Notes under the pieces: model-generated
What the model saw: only the letters and a program-made list of their open reading frames with translations
What the model was told of the DNA's origin: nothing
Database searches by the model: none
Translations under genes and position numbers: made by a program
In this document: in pieces, positions 22,208-33,930 of the stretch
Layout of the letters: every line of letters starts with the position of its first letter
Numbering within the stretch: the stretch's first letter is position 1
NCBI GenBank assembly: GCA_963827755.1
Contig: CAWHCQ010000031.1
Location: 32,001-96,000 of the forward strand
DNA length: 64,000 nt
Origin: an uncultured Gammaproteobacteria bacterium
GTDB lineage: Bacteria; Pseudomonadota; Gammaproteobacteria; UBA9214
Direction of reading: 5' to 3'

Positions 22208-23564
22208 TTAGCGCAGCATCCCCGCACGACCATGACCTTTCAGATTCGCTTTTTTCATCAGGCCGCTATATTGATGCGATACCAGATGCGTCTGAACCTG
22301 CGACATGAAATCCATGGTCACCACGACAATAATCAACAATGACGTACCGCCGAAATAAAACGGCACATTCCAGTTAAGAATAAGAAACTCGGGAATCAAA
22401 CATACCAGCGTGATATAGATCGCTCCGGCCGTGGTCAACCTGGTCATGACGCTGTCGATGTAGGTTGCCGTTTGTTCCCCGGGCCGTATACCCGGTATAA
22501 AGGCGCCCGATTTCTTCAGATTTTCCGCCGTATCCTTTGCATTGAATATCAACGCCGTATAGAAGAAGCAGAAAAACACGATTGCCATGGCATAAAAAAG
22601 CACATAGAGCGGCTGCCCCGGCGATAACGTTGCCGAAATATCACGCAACCAGCCCATGCCTTCATTCGCGCCGACCCAGCCACCCATGGTCGCGGGAAAC
22701 AGGATAATACTGGAGGCAAAAATCGGCGGAATAACACCGGCCATGTTCAACTTCAGCGGCAAATGCGAACTTTGTGCTGCATAGACTTTCCGGCCCTGCT
22801 GGCGTTTCGCATAATTAACGGTAATTCGCCGCTGGCCGCGTTCAATAAATACCACGAATGCAGTAACCACGAGAATCAGCGCAAACAGGATGAGAACAGT
22901 CAGGGCATTCATCTCACCGGTGCGCACGAGTTCCAGCGTGCCGCCTATTGCCGAGGGTAAGTCCCGCGACAATACCGGAGAAGATAATAATCGAGATACC
23001 GTTGCCGATACCGCGCTCCGTAACCTGCTCGCCCAGCCACATCAGAAAAACAGTCCCGGTAACCAGTGTCACGATCGCCGTCAGGACAAAACCGCCGCCC
23101 GGGTTAATCACCAGGTTACTGCCTGCAATCTGCTGTCCCTGCAGTGCGGTTGAAATTCCGAAAGCCTGCATGGTTGCAAGACCCACTGTTCCGTAGCGCG
23201 TGTACTGCGTCATCTTGCGACGACCTTCTTCACCGCCTTCCTTCTTGAGCTGCTCCAGCGAGGGCACAGTTACCGACAGCAGGTTCATGATAATGGACGC
23301 GGAAATATAGGGCATGATCCCGAGCGCGAACAATGACAGTCGCTCCAGCGCGCCACCGGAAAACATATTGAACATTTCCAGGATCGTACCGCGCTGCTGC
23401 TCCACCAGGCTCGCCAGCACCACGGGGTCTATTCCCGGCAGGGGAATAAAGGACCCGACCCGGAAAACAAAGATCGCACCAAGGACAAAAAAGAGCCGCT
23501 GACGCAGCTCTTTTATCTGCCCCAGACCAGAGGCGGTGCCTGCAACTGAAGAACCTATAGCCAT
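22208..23564 (-). CDS. secY: Preprotein translocase SecY (apparent +1 frameshift near 22960)
   Basis: [15 protein letters not shown] and GIGNGIS in ORF 22914..23564; AGVIPPIFA and FGGTSLLI in ORF 22208..22972. Confidence 0.96.
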
Positions 23565-24002
23565 TTATTCCTCGATCTTTCCACCGGCCGCCTCGATCGA
23601 AGCGCGCGCGCCTTTTGTGACCTGCAGGCCTTTCACCGTGACTGCCCTGTCGATTGCACCCGAAGCAATCACCTTGACCCGCCTGGTAAGCCGCGAAACC
23701 AGGTTGGCCTTCTTCAGGGCCTCCAGATCGGCAACGTCACCTTCAACAAGCGCCAGTTCATGCAAACGCAATTCACCCGCATGCCGTGACTTGCGCGCGG
23801 TAAAGCCTACCTTGGGCAGGCGGCGCTGCAGTGGCATCTGGCCACCTTCAAAACCGATCTTGTGGAAGCCGCCGGCGCGTGACTTCTGCCCCTTGTGTCC
23901 ACGCCCACCGGTCTTGCCCAGGCCGGAGCCAATACCACGACCGGCACGCTTGGCGTCCTTTTTGCTGCCTGCTGCAGGTTTGAGAGTATTCAGGTGCATC
24001 AC
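23565..24002 (-). CDS. rplO: 50S ribosomal protein L15
   Basis: [19 protein letters not shown]. Confidence 0.99.
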   Translation of the reverse strand: MMHLNTLKPAAGSKKDAKRAGRGIGSGLGKTGGRGHKGQKSRAGGFHKIGFEGGQMPLQRRLPKVGFTARKSRHAGELRLHELALVEGDVADLEALKKANLVSRLTRRVKVIASGAIDRAVTVKGLQVTKGARASIEAAGGKIEE

Positions 24003-24188
24003 TCAGTCCTCGACCCTTACCATGTAAGAGACCTTGTTAATCATGCCGCGAATTTCCGGCGTATCACTCAGCTCAACAGTATGACGGATGCGCCGCAACC
24101 CGAGACCGCGGATCGTATCCCGGTGACTGAGCAGGCGCCCACTGGAGCTTTTTGTCTGGGTTACCCTTATTTTGTTTGAGCCAGCCAT
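24003..24188 (-). CDS. rpmD: 50S ribosomal protein L30
   Basis: [19 protein letters not shown]. Confidence 0.97.
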   Translation of the reverse strand: MAGSNKIRVTQTKSSSGRLLSHRDTIRGLGLRRIRHTVELSDTPEIRGMINKVSYMVRVED

Positions 24189-24191
24189 GTT

Positions 24192-24698
24192 CTACTCCAT
24201 GATTTCCTTGACGGTCTTGCCGCGTTTACTGGCCACTTCTTCAGGAGAAGTCATCGCTTCAAGTCCACGCATGGTGGCACGCAGCATGTTCATCGGGTTA
24301 TTGGAACCAATGCACTTGGCAAGCACGTTATGCACGCCAACCACCTCGAAAACCGCGCGCATTGCCCCGCCGGCAATAATCCCCGTACCTTCCGAGGCAG
24401 GCTTCATAAATACCTTGGCCGCACCATGGCGTGCCGTCATGGCATACTGCAAGGTGCCGTCTTTAATATTGACGTTGATCATGTTCTTTCGTGCGGACTC
24501 CATAGCCTTTTGAATGGCAACCGGCACTTCACGTGCCTTGCCATAACCGTAACCGACCCGGCCTTCACCGTCACCAACGACTGTCAGTGCTGTAAATCCG
24601 AACTGGCGGCCGCCCTTCACAACCTTGGCCACGCGGTTAACGGTGATCAGCTTTTCCAGCAGTCCATCACCCTGTGCCTGTGCATCTGCTCTTGCCAT
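24192..24698 (-). CDS. rpsE: 30S ribosomal protein S5
   Basis: [18 protein letters not shown]. Confidence 0.99.
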   Translation of the reverse strand: MARADAQAQGDGLLEKLITVNRVAKVVKGGRQFGFTALTVVGDGEGRVGYGYGKAREVPVAIQKAMESARKNMINVNIKDGTLQYAMTARHGAAKVFMKPASEGTGIIAGGAMRAVFEVVGVHNVLAKCIGSNNPMNMLRATMRGLEAMTSPEEVASKRGKTVKEIME

Positions 24699-24711
24699 AA
24701 CGAAACCCTTG

Positions 24712-25065
24712 TCAGAATTCGAGGCCGCTTTCGCGTGCGGCCTCGGCCAGCGCCTTCACGCGGCCATGATATTTAAAACCGGATCGATCGAATGCAACTG
24801 CAGTGATACCGGCAGCCTTTGCCCGCTCGGCTACGAACTTGCCAACAACAGATGCCGCTGTTGTTCCGCCTGTTTTTTCAACACTCTTGCGTACATCAGC
24901 ATCCAGCGTAGACGCACTGACCAGCACCCTGTCACCTTCCGGCGAAATTACCTGGGCATAGATATGCCGCGGCGTACGATGAATACACAGACGATTCGCA
25001 CAAAGTGTTTTGATATGCGCGCGCGTACGGCGTGCACGGCGTAATCGAGATGCTTTCTTGTCCAT
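24712..25065 (-). CDS. rplR: 50S ribosomal protein L18
   Basis: [21 protein letters not shown]. Confidence 0.99.
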   Translation of the reverse strand: MDKKASRLRRARRTRAHIKTLCANRLCIHRTPRHIYAQVISPEGDRVLVSASTLDADVRKSVEKTGGTTAASVVGKFVAERAKAAGITAVAFDRSGFKYHGRVKALAEAARESGLEF

Positions 25066-25074
25066 AATATTTGC

Positions 25075-25608
25075 CTATTTCTTTTTGGCTTCTTTGCGGA
25101 CGATCACTTCACCCGCATAACGAACACCCTTGCCCTTGTAGGGTTCCGGCGGACGGAAGGCCCGTATCTCGGCGGCTACCTGCCCGACCTTCTGCTTATC
25201 AAAGCCTTTTATAACAATTTCAGTCTGGCTGGGCGTTTCCGCTGTAATATTCTCGGGCAACGCATAGTCTATCGGGTGTGAAAAGCCGAGCGTCAGGTTG
25301 AGGACTTTCCCCTTGGCCTGAGCACGATAACCTACACCCGTCAACTCAAGCTTTTTCTCGAATCCGTCAACAACGCCGATTACCATATTCTGTACAATTG
25401 ACCGGTTCGTACCCGCCAGAGCATTGGCCGCTTTCGACGCATCACGCGCCCTGAACAGCAATTCGTTTCCTTCATGCTTCATCTCAACCAGGCCGTGGAT
25501 ACAATGACCCAGCTGGCCCTTCGGCCCCTTGATCGTCAGTTGCTGGCCGTTCTGTTTGACCTCTGCCGATGAAGGAACCTGCACTGGGTTGTTGGCAATT
25601 CTAGACAT
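25075..25608 (-). CDS. rplF: 50S ribosomal protein L6
   Basis: [12 protein letters not shown]. Confidence 0.99.
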   Translation of the reverse strand: MSRIANNPVQVPSSAEVKQNGQQLTIKGPKGQLGHCIHGLVEMKHEGNELLFRARDASKAANALAGTNRSIVQNMVIGVVDGFEKKLELTGVGYRAQAKGKVLNLTLGFSHPIDYALPENITAETPSQTEIVIKGFDKQKVGQVAAEIRAFRPPEPYKGKGVRYAGEVIVRKEAKKK

Positions 25609-25620
25609 GATGTTATCCGC

Positions 25621-26013
25621 TTAACTCACTACACAAAGAACTTCACCGCCTTCACCGGCGGCACGAGCCTGACGCTCACTCATCACACCCTTGGATGTGG
25701 ATATTATGGCTACGCCCAGGCCATTCTGGATACTTGGCAGATCATCCTTGCCCTTGTAGAGCCGCAGACCCGGGCGGCTTGCACGACTGATCATGGCGAT
25801 AACCGGCCTGCCCTCGTAGTACTTCAGCTCGACAACAAGCACCGGCTTGTCATCTTCTTCTTTCTCTGAAAAGCCCTTGATGTAACCCTCATCCTGCAAC
25901 ACCTTTGCAATCGCACACTTCAACCTGGAAGAAGGCATAGAAACCTCAACCTTGGTGGCGGATTGCCCGTTACGAATACGGGTCAACATATCAGCTATAG
26001 GATCTGTCATCAT
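25621..26013 (-). CDS. rpsH: 30S ribosomal protein S8
   Basis: [17 protein letters not shown]. Confidence 0.99.
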   Translation of the reverse strand: MMTDPIADMLTRIRNGQSATKVEVSMPSSRLKCAIAKVLQDEGYIKGFSEKEEDDKPVLVVELKYYEGRPVIAMISRASRPGLRLYKGKDDLPSIQNGLGVAIISTSKGVMSERQARAAGEGGEVLCVVS

Positions 26014-26019
26014 AATAAT

Positions 26020-26325
26020 TTACCAGCTTGCCTTGACCAGCCCTGGAATATCACCGCGCATTGCAGCTTCACGCAGCTTGTTTCTGGCAAGTCCGAATTT
26101 CCGGTAGTAGCCATGCGGGCGACCGGTAATGCCGCAGCGATTACGGCCCCGCGAAGGACTTGCATCCCGCGGCAGGGACTGTAATTTCAACTGCGCGTTG
26201 TAACGCTCCTCATCGGAACTGTTTACGCTCTTGATGATCGCCTTCAGTTCAGCGCGCCTTGTTGCATACTGCCTGACCAGGCGCGTACGCTTGTTCTCAC
26301 GGGCAATCATTGAATTCTTGGCCAT
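26020..26325 (-). CDS. rpsN: 30S ribosomal protein S14 (101-aa form)
   Basis: [20 protein letters not shown]. Confidence 0.99.
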   Translation of the reverse strand: MAKNSMIARENKRTRLVRQYATRRAELKAIIKSVNSSDEERYNAQLKLQSLPRDASPSRGRNRCGITGRPHGYYRKFGLARNKLREAAMRGDIPGLVKASW

Positions 26326-26333
26326 ATTCTACC

Positions 26334-26873
26334 TCAAGTCCTGAACGGAAAGTTGAACGCAGCCAGCAATGCGCGTCCCTCTTCATCCGTATTCGCGGTT
26401 GTAGTAAATGAAATATCAAGACCGCGAATCGTGTCGATCTTGTCGTAATCTATTTCCGGAAAAATAATCTGTTCCTTGACGCCCATGTTGTAATTACCAC
26501 GTCCATCGAATGATTTCGGGCTCATGCCACGAAAGTCCCGTATACGCGGAATTGCCACGTTAATCAGGCGATCGAGAAACTCGTACATCTGCTCCCTGCG
26601 CAAGGTCACACTGCAGCCAACCGGCCAGCCTTCCCTGAGCTTGAAGCCGGCAACCGATTTACGCGCCTTGGCAACAACCGGTTTCTGGCCGGCGATTTTC
26701 ACCATGTCGCCAACTGCATTCTCCATTACCTTGCGGTCGGCAACAGCCTCACCGACACCCATGTTGAGCGTAATCTTGGTGATGCGCGGAATCTGCATGA
26801 CATTCTTGTAGGCAAACTGCTCCATCAGCTTTTTGGTTACCGTATCATCGTAAAATTGTTTTAGCCTGGCCAT
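26334..26873 (-). CDS. rplE: 50S ribosomal protein L5
   Basis: [15 protein letters not shown]. Confidence 0.99.
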   Translation of the reverse strand: MARLKQFYDDTVTKKLMEQFAYKNVMQIPRITKITLNMGVGEAVADRKVMENAVGDMVKIAGQKPVVAKARKSVAGFKLREGWPVGCSVTLRREQMYEFLDRLINVAIPRIRDFRGMSPKSFDGRGNYNMGVKEQIIFPEIDYDKIDTIRGLDISFTTTANTDEEGRALLAAFNFPFRT

Positions 26874-26890
26874 AAGTCCTTACCATTCAC

Positions 26891-27208
26891 TCAGATATCT
26901 ACCACTTCATCGGTAGACTTGAAATAACGCACCTTGCGCCCGTCCTCGAGAACCTTGAATCCGACCCGGTCTCCCTTGCTGGTCTGCGGGTTGTACAGCA
27001 TGATGTTGGAAGCATCGACAGACATCTCCTTCTCGACAATCCCGCCGGGAATTCCCCGGTTGGGATTCGGCTTGGTATGCCGCTTCACCATGTTGACATC
27101 GGAAATGACCAGCCGGCCACCTGACAATACGGCGAGCACGTTGCCGCGCTTTCCCTTGTCCTTGCCTGCGATAACAATGACGTCATCACCTTTCTTTATT
27201 CTGTTCAT
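26891..27208 (-). CDS. rplX: 50S ribosomal protein L24
   Basis: [15 protein letters not shown] (KOW). Confidence 0.99.
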   Translation of the reverse strand: MNRIKKGDDVIVIAGKDKGKRGNVLAVLSGGRLVISDVNMVKRHTKPNPNRGIPGGIVEKEMSVDASNIMLYNPQTSKGDRVGFKVLEDGRKVRYFKSTDEVVDI

Positions 27209-27217
27209 GCTGTATTC

Positions 27218-27586
27218 CTACAAAACTTCCGGTGCCAGCGAAATTATTTTCATAAAACGCTCGCTACGCAGTTCCCGTGTTACCGGGCCAAAAATACGTG
27301 TCCCAATCGGCTGCAGCTGGGTATTCAGCAGTACTGCTGCATTCCCGTCAAAACGGATCAGGGAACCATCAGCCCTGCGCACACCCTTGCGGGTACGCAC
27401 AACGACAGCATTGTAAACTTCTCCCTTCTTGACCTTGCCGCGGGGAATAGCTTCTTTAATGCTTACCTTGATGATGTCGCCAATACGCGCATAACGCCGG
27501 TGTGAACCACCAAGCACCTTGATGCACATCAGACGGCGTGCGCCGCTGTTATCTGCAACATCCAGCATTGATTGCATTTGTATCAT
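27218..27586 (-). CDS. rplN: 50S ribosomal protein L14
   Basis: [16 protein letters not shown]. Confidence 0.99.
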   Translation of the reverse strand: MIQMQSMLDVADNSGARRLMCIKVLGGSHRRYARIGDIIKVSIKEAIPRGKVKKGEVYNAVVVRTRKGVRRADGSLIRFDGNAAVLLNTQLQPIGTRIFGPVTRELRSERFMKIISLAPEVL

Positions 27587-27628
27587 GCTTGCATTCCGTT
27601 CCTGTTATTTATCCAATGGGCGCGAAAG

Positions 27629-27889
27629 CTACTCGCCACGGCCAACAACTTCCACCAGCCGCCAGGACTTCGTCTTCGACAAAGGCCGGCACTGCTGAAT
27701 AGTTACTGTATCGCCTTCCTGGCATACATTTTCCTCATCATGAATATGCAGCTTGCTCGAACGCCGGATATACTTTCCATACACCGGGTGCTTTACCTTG
27801 CGCTCAACCAGAACAGTCGCAGACTTGTCCATCCTGTTGTTGATGACCTTGCAGGTGAGCAGTTGCCCGGTTTCTTTAGCCTCGCTCAT
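27629..27889 (-). CDS. rpsQ: 30S ribosomal protein S17
   Basis: [16 protein letters not shown]. Confidence 0.98.
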   Translation of the reverse strand: MSEAKETGQLLTCKVINNRMDKSATVLVERKVKHPVYGKYIRRSSKLHIHDEENVCQEGDTVTIQQCRPLSKTKSWRLVEVVGRGE

Positions 27890-28083
27890 GACGTTCCACC
27901 TGCCTTCTCGTTTAATATGGTATGAATCCGTGCAATATCCTTGCGCACCTTGCGAACCTGGTCAGGCCGCGTCAGCTGGCCAATACCGCGCTGCATGTTC
28001 AGGTTGAACCGCTCGCGCAGCAGGTTGTGCAGCTCGAGCTTGAGTTCGCTTTCTGTCTTGCTTCTCAGGTCAGCCGTCTTCAT
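27886..28083 (-). CDS. rpmC: 50S ribosomal protein L29
   Basis: MKTADLRSK...[12 protein letters not shown]. Confidence 0.96.
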   Translation of the reverse strand: MKTADLRSKTESELKLELHNLLRERFNLNMQRGIGQLTRPDQVRKVRKDIARIHTILNEKAGGTS

Positions 28084-28497
28084 CACATCACCGTCCGTGC
28101 TACAAATGCCGTTTTGAATGGCAGCTTGGCAGCTGCGAGCCTGAATGCCTGCGCGCGCATCGGCTTCACTGACACCTTCAATTTCGTAGAGCACGCGCCC
28201 GGGCTGAATCTGTGCAATCCAGTATTCAACATTGCCCTTGCCCTTGCCCTGGCGAACCTCGATCGGTTTTTTGGTGATCGGCACATCCGGAAATACCCGA
28301 ATCCAGACTTTGCCGCCACGACTAACATAGCGCGTAATGGCACGACGGGCCGACTCGATCTGGCGTGAGGTCATACGCCCGCGCGACACAGACTTGAGCG
28401 CATATTCTCCGAAGCTGACCTTGCTGCCGCGCTGCGCCAGGCCCCTGTTGCGGCCTTTCTGCTGCTTGCGAAATTTTGTCTTTTTGGGCTGTAACAT
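28083..28497 (-). CDS. rplP: 50S ribosomal protein L16 (apparent +1 frameshift near 28151)
   Basis: [16 protein letters not shown]; conserved tail [13 protein letters not shown] lies in the other frame. Confidence 0.96.
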
Positions 28498-28512
28498 GAA
28501 TCCTCTCCGCTA

Positions 28513-29187
28513 TCAGGAAGCCGCTTTCTGCGGTGTTTCCGCTTCCGGCTGCTCTCCCTTCCCGTATATCTCACCCTTGAAGATCCAGACCTTCACGCCA
28601 ATCTTGCCGTAGGTTGTATTGGCTTCGGCTGTTCCATAATCGATATCGGCACGCAGCGTATGCAGCGGCACACGTCCTTCCCGATACCACTCACTACGGG
28701 CAATTTCAGCACCATTCAAGCGACCGCCCACCTTGATCTTGATCCCCTCGGCACCGATGCGCATGGAGTTACTCACGGCACGCTTCATGGCGCGACGGAA
28801 CATAATGCGACGCTCCAGCTGCTGGGCAACACTCTCGGCAACCAGGTAAGCATCCAGCTCGGGCTTGCGAATTTCTTCAACATTGATACTGACCGGTATG
28901 CCCATACGCACAGTGATTTCCTTGCGTAAACGGTCAATGTCCTCGCCCTTCTTGCCGATCACAATACCCGGCCGTGCAGTATGGATCGTGATCACGGCAT
29001 TACTTGCCGGACGCATGATCTGCACACGACTGACAGATGCCTGGTCAAGCCGCTTCTTGATGAACTCACGAATCTCCAGATCCATGTTCAGGTACTCGGC
29101 ATACTTGTCCGAGCCGGCATACCACGTGGACGTCCAGTCCTTGACGATACCCAGTCGAATGCCTGTTGGATGTACTTTTTGACCCAT
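28513..29187 (-). CDS. rpsC: 30S ribosomal protein S3
   Basis: [27 protein letters not shown]. Confidence 0.99.
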   Translation of the reverse strand: MGQKVHPTGIRLGIVKDWTSTWYAGSDKYAEYLNMDLEIREFIKKRLDQASVSRVQIMRPASNAVITIHTARPGIVIGKKGEDIDRLRKEITVRMGIPVSINVEEIRKPELDAYLVAESVAQQLERRIMFRRAMKRAVSNSMRIGAEGIKIKVGGRLNGAEIARSEWYREGRVPLHTLRADIDYGTAEANTTYGKIGVKVWIFKGEIYGKGEQPEAETPQKAAS

Positions 29188-29217
29188 TCTGCTCTATCCG
29201 CCTCTGATCTGGTTGAC

Positions 29218-29550
29218 TTAAACGTCACCCACCGTAACGGTGATGTGACTGTTTCGCTTCAGAATCCGTGTACCACGGCCCTTGGCACGTGCACGGAAGC
29301 GTTTCATGGTCCGACCTTCGTTGACAAAAATCGAATCCACCTTTAACTCATCTATATCTGCACCTTCATTGTGCTCGGCATTGGCAATCGCAGACTCGAG
29401 CACCTTGCGTACGAGGACGGCCGCTTTTTTCGGGCTGAACAGAAGCACGTCCAGCGCCCTTTCCACCGGTAATCCACGCACCTGGTCTGCCACCAGGCGG
29501 CACTTCTGCGCTGAAATGTGTGCGTGCTTCAATGTTGCGCTGACTTGCAT
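29218..29550 (-). CDS. rplV: 50S ribosomal protein L22
   Basis: [19 protein letters not shown]. Confidence 0.99.
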   Translation of the reverse strand: MQVSATLKHAHISAQKCRLVADQVRGLPVERALDVLLFSPKKAAVLVRKVLESAIANAEHNEGADIDELKVDSIFVNEGRTMKRFRARAKGRGTRILKRNSHITVTVGDV

Positions 29551-29562
29551 TATTGCGTCCTC

Positions 29563-29835
29563 TTACTTGGCTTTTCTGTCGGCCATATGACCCTTGTATG
29601 TCCGGGTCAAGGCAAACTCGCCCAACTTGTGCCCAACCATGTTTTCATTGACCTGGACCGGTACATGCTGGCGGCCGTTGTGAATGGCGATAGTCAAACC
29701 AACCATTTCAGGCAACACCATGGAACGCCGCGACCATGTCTTGATTGGACGCTTGCTGTTCTCGGCTACGGCCTTTTCCACCTTCTTCTGGAGGTGGCTG
29801 TCGATAAACGGACCTTTTCTGATTGAGCGTGGCAC
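29563..29835 (-). CDS. rpsS: 30S ribosomal protein S19
   Basis: [14 protein letters not shown]. Confidence 0.99.
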   Translation of the reverse strand: MPRSIRKGPFIDSHLQKKVEKAVAENSKRPIKTWSRRSMVLPEMVGLTIAIHNGRQHVPVQVNENMVGHKLGEFALTRTYKGHMADRKAK

Positions 29836-29853
29836 TGATACTAATCCTCTTGA

Positions 29854-30682
29854 TTACTTGCGGTTACGACGCCGGACGATCATGTTGTCTGTACGCTTGT
29901 TCTTGCGGGTTCGGAATCCTTTTGCCGGCGTACCCCACGGACTCACGGGATGACGACCACCTGAAGTACGTCCCTCACCACCACCATGCGGATGATCAAC
30001 CGGGTTCATGGAAACACCTCGCACAGTCGGACGCACACCGCGCCAGCGAGTGGCTCCCGCCTTGCCCAGCGAACGCAGGCCGTGCTCCGAATTACCGACT
30101 TCACCAATCGTGGCCATGCAATCTGTCTGCACCTTGCGCATCTCACCGGAACGCAAACGCAGGGTGGCATGACTCACCTTCGCGTGCGACCAGCTGCACA
30201 CCGCTGCCTGCACTGCGCGCAATCTGCCCGCCCTTGGAAGGCTTCATTTCAATATTGTGCACCAGCGTGCCCAGCGGGATGTTGCGCAGCGGCATTGCAT
30301 TACCCACCTTGATCGGGGCATCGCTGCCACTGCGAACCTCGGTCCCGGCCGTCACGCCTTTCGGTGCCAGGATATAGCGTCGCTCGCCATCGGCGTAAAG
30401 CAGCAAGGCAAGATGTGCTGACCTGTTCGGGTCATACTCGATACGTTCAACCTTTGCAGGTATCCCCGTCTTGTCGCGCCTGAAATCGACCACACGGTAA
30501 CGCTGCTTGTGGCCACCGCCACGATGACGCGTGGTGATCCGCCCGGCATTGTTGCGGCCGCCGTGTTTCGACTTTGATTCGACCAGGGCCGAGTGAGGCT
30601 TGCCCTTATGCAGCCCGGGCGTTGTCACCTTGACTACAAAGCGGCGTCCCGGCGAAGTTGGTTTGCATTTAACGAGTGCCAT
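29854..30682 (-). CDS. rplB: 50S ribosomal protein L2 (apparent +1 frameshift near 30172)
   Basis: KPTSPGRR and EYDPNRSA in one frame; [12 protein letters not shown] in the other. Confidence 0.96.
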
Positions 30683-30722
30683 TTCTGTATCCTTTTTAGC
30701 GTAGCCCGCGCATCAATCGCGA

Positions 30723-31019
30723 TTACTCCGCCCCCATAAAATCAATATCGTGACCTTCTGCAAGCGTCACATATGCCTTCTTCGAGTCAGCGCGCCTGCC
30801 CGTGGTTTGTCCATGGCGCTTGATCTTGCCGCGCATATTGGCTATCTGGACATTATCCACCTTGACATCAAACATGAGCTCGACGGCCTTGCGGACCTCT
30901 GGCTTGCTTGCGCTCCTGTCTACCTTGAAGACAAACTGGCGATGTGCGTCAGCAACACGGGTACTCTTTTCAGAGATCACCGGCGCAAGCAACACCTTCA
31001 TCAAACGTTCCTGGTTCAT
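30723..31019 (-). CDS. rplW: 50S ribosomal protein L23
   Basis: [14 protein letters not shown]. Confidence 0.99.
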   Translation of the reverse strand: MNQERLMKVLLAPVISEKSTRVADAHRQFVFKVDRSASKPEVRKAVELMFDVKVDNVQIANMRGKIKRHGQTTGRRADSKKAYVTLAEGHDIDFMGAE

Positions 31020-31621
31020 GCCAGCCTCTCCTCAAAACTTTTCAAGGCATCCCTGGTTATGAGCACCTTGTCAAACCCGACCAGGCTGACAGGATCTGCA
31101 CCTGACACATCACATACAGCCACATTCGGCAGATTCCGCGCAGCCAGGTAGAGATTATCATCCGGCTCGACCGTTACGATCAGGACACTCTCCAGGCCGA
31201 GTTCCTGCAACATGCCGGACAGTTCCCTGGTTTTCGGTTGCTTGACAGCAAAACTGTCTACCGCGACCAGGCGTTCCTGGCGAACCAGTTCGGACAGGAT
31301 TGAGCACATGGCCCCGCGGTACATCTTGCGATTGATCTTCTGCGTATAATCACGCGGCCGCGATGCGAAGGTAATACCACCGCCCCGCCATATCGGGCTG
31401 CGTATTGTACCAGCTCGCGCACGTCCTGTACCTTTCTGGCGCCATGGTTTTACACCACCACCCCTGACCTGCGAACGCGTCTTCTGCTGTGCGTTTCCGC
31501 TACGGGCACCGGCCAGACAGGCTGTTACCACCTGGTGCACCAGTGACTCCCTGAAATCCACAGCAAAGGTATCATCTGAAACCTGCACTGAACCCGAGCC
31601 TTGTAACTGCAATTCCATCAT
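31016..31621 (-). CDS. rplD: 50S ribosomal protein L4
   Basis: [14 protein letters not shown]. Confidence 0.99.
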   Translation of the reverse strand: MMELQLQGSGSVQVSDDTFAVDFRESLVHQVVTACLAGARSGNAQQKTRSQVRGGGVKPWRQKGTGRARAGTIRSPIWRGGGITFASRPRDYTQKINRKMYRGAMCSILSELVRQERLVAVDSFAVKQPKTRELSGMLQELGLESVLIVTVEPDDNLYLAARNLPNVAVCDVSGADPVSLVGFDKVLITRDALKSFEERLA

Positions 31622-31628
31622 GCAACTC

Positions 31629-32270
31629 CTAACGCGTCTTTACTGCAGGGCAAATGATGACATCACCGCCCCTGGAACCCGGAACCGCGCCCTTTACCAG
31701 CAGCAGGTTGCGCTCTGTATCGACACTGACAACCTTAATATTCTGGGTAGTACGCTTTACATTACCCATTTGGCCGGACATCTTTTTGCCTTTTACAACA
31801 CGTCCCGGCGTCTGGCACTGCCCGATTGAACCTGGTGCACGGTGCGACAGCGAGTTACCGTGCGTGGCATCCTGCATACTGAAGTTGTAACGTTTGATCA
31901 CACCGGCAAAACCCTTACCGATGGAAGTACCGCTGACATCCACAGTCTGTCCGTTTTCGAAGATATCCACCTTTATTTCGCTGCCGACCTCGATACCTTC
32001 ACCCTCACCATCGGCAAGCCTGAATTCCCAGAGCCCGCGCCCGGCTTCGGTTCCTGCCTTGGCGTAATGTCCAGCCATGGACCTGTTGACGCGTGAAGCA
32101 CGTCGTTCACCCGTTGTTACCTGCAGGGCACGATAACCATCGTCCTCTACCGTCTTGATCTGGGTGACACGATTCGGATCAACCGAAATCACAGTTACCG
32201 GCACAGAGGCACCTTCATCAGTGAAGATGCGTGTCATTCCTGCCTTGCGTCCTACTATTCCGATAGTCAT
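31629..32270 (-). CDS. rplC: 50S ribosomal protein L3
   Basis: [21 protein letters not shown]. Confidence 0.99.
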   Translation of the reverse strand: MTIGIVGRKAGMTRIFTDEGASVPVTVISVDPNRVTQIKTVEDDGYRALQVTTGERRASRVNRSMAGHYAKAGTEAGRGLWEFRLADGEGEGIEVGSEIKVDIFENGQTVDVSGTSIGKGFAGVIKRYNFSMQDATHGNSLSHRAPGSIGQCQTPGRVVKGKKMSGQMGNVKRTTQNIKVVSVDTERNLLLVKGAVPGSRGGDVIICPAVKTR

Positions 32271-32283
32271 TACAATTATCCGG

Positions 32284-32595
32284 TTAGTTCAACTTGATCT
32301 GGACATCAACGCCTGCAGCAAGATCCAGCTTCATCAGGGCATCAACAGTCTTGTCTGTCGGATCAACAATATCCATAAGACGCTTGTGCGTCCGAATCTC
32401 GTACTGGTCACGCGCGTCCTTGTTGACGTGCGGTGAAATCAATATGGTAAAGCGCTCTTTCCTTGTAGGCAGCGGAATAGGGCCGCGCACCTGGGCACCG
32501 GTGCGCCTTGCCGTCTCCACAATCTCTGCCGCCGACCGGTCAATCAGTCGATGATCGAAGGCCTTGAGACGTATCCTGATTCTCTGGTTGCTCAT
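32284..32595 (-). CDS. rpsJ: 30S ribosomal protein S10
   Basis: [18 protein letters not shown]. Confidence 0.99.
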   Translation of the reverse strand: MSNQRIRIRLKAFDHRLIDRSAAEIVETARRTGAQVRGPIPLPTRKERFTILISPHVNKDARDQYEIRTHKRLMDIVDPTDKTVDALMKLDLAAGVDVQIKLN

Positions 32596-32623
32596 ATCAA
32601 TGTTTCACTCTTAATCATTCGGT

Positions 32624-32692
32624 GCAGGAGCGCTTCTCAAGCGCGATCTTTATTTGATCGCAGAAAGAATCGCGGACGAGGTCCGCTCCTAC
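32624..32692. repeat. REP doublet, family B
   Basis: GCAGGAGCGCTTCTCAAGCGCGAT (32624-32647) and inverted ATCGCGGACGAGGTCCGCTCCTAC (32669-32692). Confidence 0.8.
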
Positions 32693-32704
32693 AGTTAATT
32701 AATA

Positions 32705-33895
32705 TCACTCGATAATCTTCGAGACGACGCCGGCGCCAACGGTACGGCCGCCTTCACGAATCGCGAAGCGCAGACCATCCTCCATCGCGATCGGTGCAAT
32801 CAACGACACCGTCATCTTGATGTTGTCACCCGGCATCACCATCTCCACACCTTCCGGCAAATCACACGCACCGGTCACGTCCGTCGTGCGGAAGTAAAAC
32901 TGCGGCCGGTAATTGCTGAAAAACGGCGTGTGACGTCCACCCTCATCCTTGCTCAGGATGTACACCTCGCACTCGAACTTGGTGTGCGGCGTAATACTCC
33001 CCGGCTTCGCCAGCACCTGGCCGCGCTCGACTTCTTCACGCTTGGTGCCGCGCAGCAGCACACCCACGTTGTCACCCGCACGGCCTTCGTCCAGCAACTT
33101 GCGAAACATCTCGACACCCGTGCAGGTCGTCGCCAGCGTGTCCTTGATGCCGACAATCTGCAGCTCTTCGCCCACCTTGACGATACCGCGCTCGATACGA
33201 CCCGTGACCACCGTGCCGCGGCCCGAAATCGAGAACACGTCCTCGACCGGCATCAGAAAATCACCGTCGATCGCACGCTCCGGCTCCGGAATGTACTTGT
33301 CCATCTCCTCAACCAGCTTGAGGATCGAGGGCACACCGATATCGCTGGTGTCGCCTTCCAGCGCCTTCAGCGCCGAACCCGTCACGATCGGGGTGTCATC
33401 ACCCGGGAAATCGTACTTGTCCAGCAGCTCGCGAATCTCCATCTCGACCAGCTCCAGCAGCTCCGCATCATCAACCTGGTCGGCCTTGTTCATGTAAACC
33501 AGTATATAAGGCACGCCAACCTGGCGGGACAGCAGGATGTGCTCACGCGTCTGCGGCATCGGGCCGTCTGCGGCACTCACTACCAGGATCGCACCGTCCA
33601 TCTGCGCCGCACCCGTGATCATGTTCTTCACGTAGTCAGCATGGCCCGGGCAGTCAACGTGCGCATAGTGGCGGTTCGGTGACTCGTATTCCACGTGCGA
33701 CGTCGCAATCGTGATGCCGCGCTCGCGTTCTTCCGGCGCATTGTCAATCTGGTCGAAGGCCTTGAACTCACCACCGTGCGCTTCTGCCATCACCTTCGTG
33801 ATCGCTGCCGTTAACGTTGTCTTGCCATGATCCACATGCCCGATCGTTCCAACGTTGACATGCGGCTTGGTACGTTCAAATTTTTCTTTCGACAC
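32705..33895 (-). CDS. tuf: Elongation factor Tu (str-operon copy)
   Basis: [17 protein letters not shown]; GTG start. Confidence 0.99.
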   Translation of the reverse strand: MSKEKFERTKPHVNVGTIGHVDHGKTTLTAAITKVMAEAHGGEFKAFDQIDNAPEERERGITIATSHVEYESPNRHYAHVDCPGHADYVKNMITGAAQMDGAILVVSAADGPMPQTREHILLSRQVGVPYILVYMNKADQVDDAELLELVEMEIRELLDKYDFPGDDTPIVTGSALKALEGDTSDIGVPSILKLVEEMDKYIPEPERAIDGDFLMPVEDVFSISGRGTVVTGRIERGIVKVGEELQIVGIKDTLATTCTGVEMFRKLLDEGRAGDNVGVLLRGTKREEVERGQVLAKPGSITPHTKFECEVYILSKDEGGRHTPFFSNYRPQFYFRTTDVTGACDLPEGVEMVMPGDNIKMTVSLIAPIAMEDGLRFAIREGGRTVGAGVVSKIIE

Positions 33896-33930
33896 GACTA
33901 TATTCCTCTGTTATCCCTGAAAATAATTGT

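Noticed and set aside
27886-28497. Apparent L16-L29 fusion protein (203 aa)
   Set aside because: Created by the +1 shift near 28151. The true L16 tail and stop lie in another frame, and rpmC has its own ATG.
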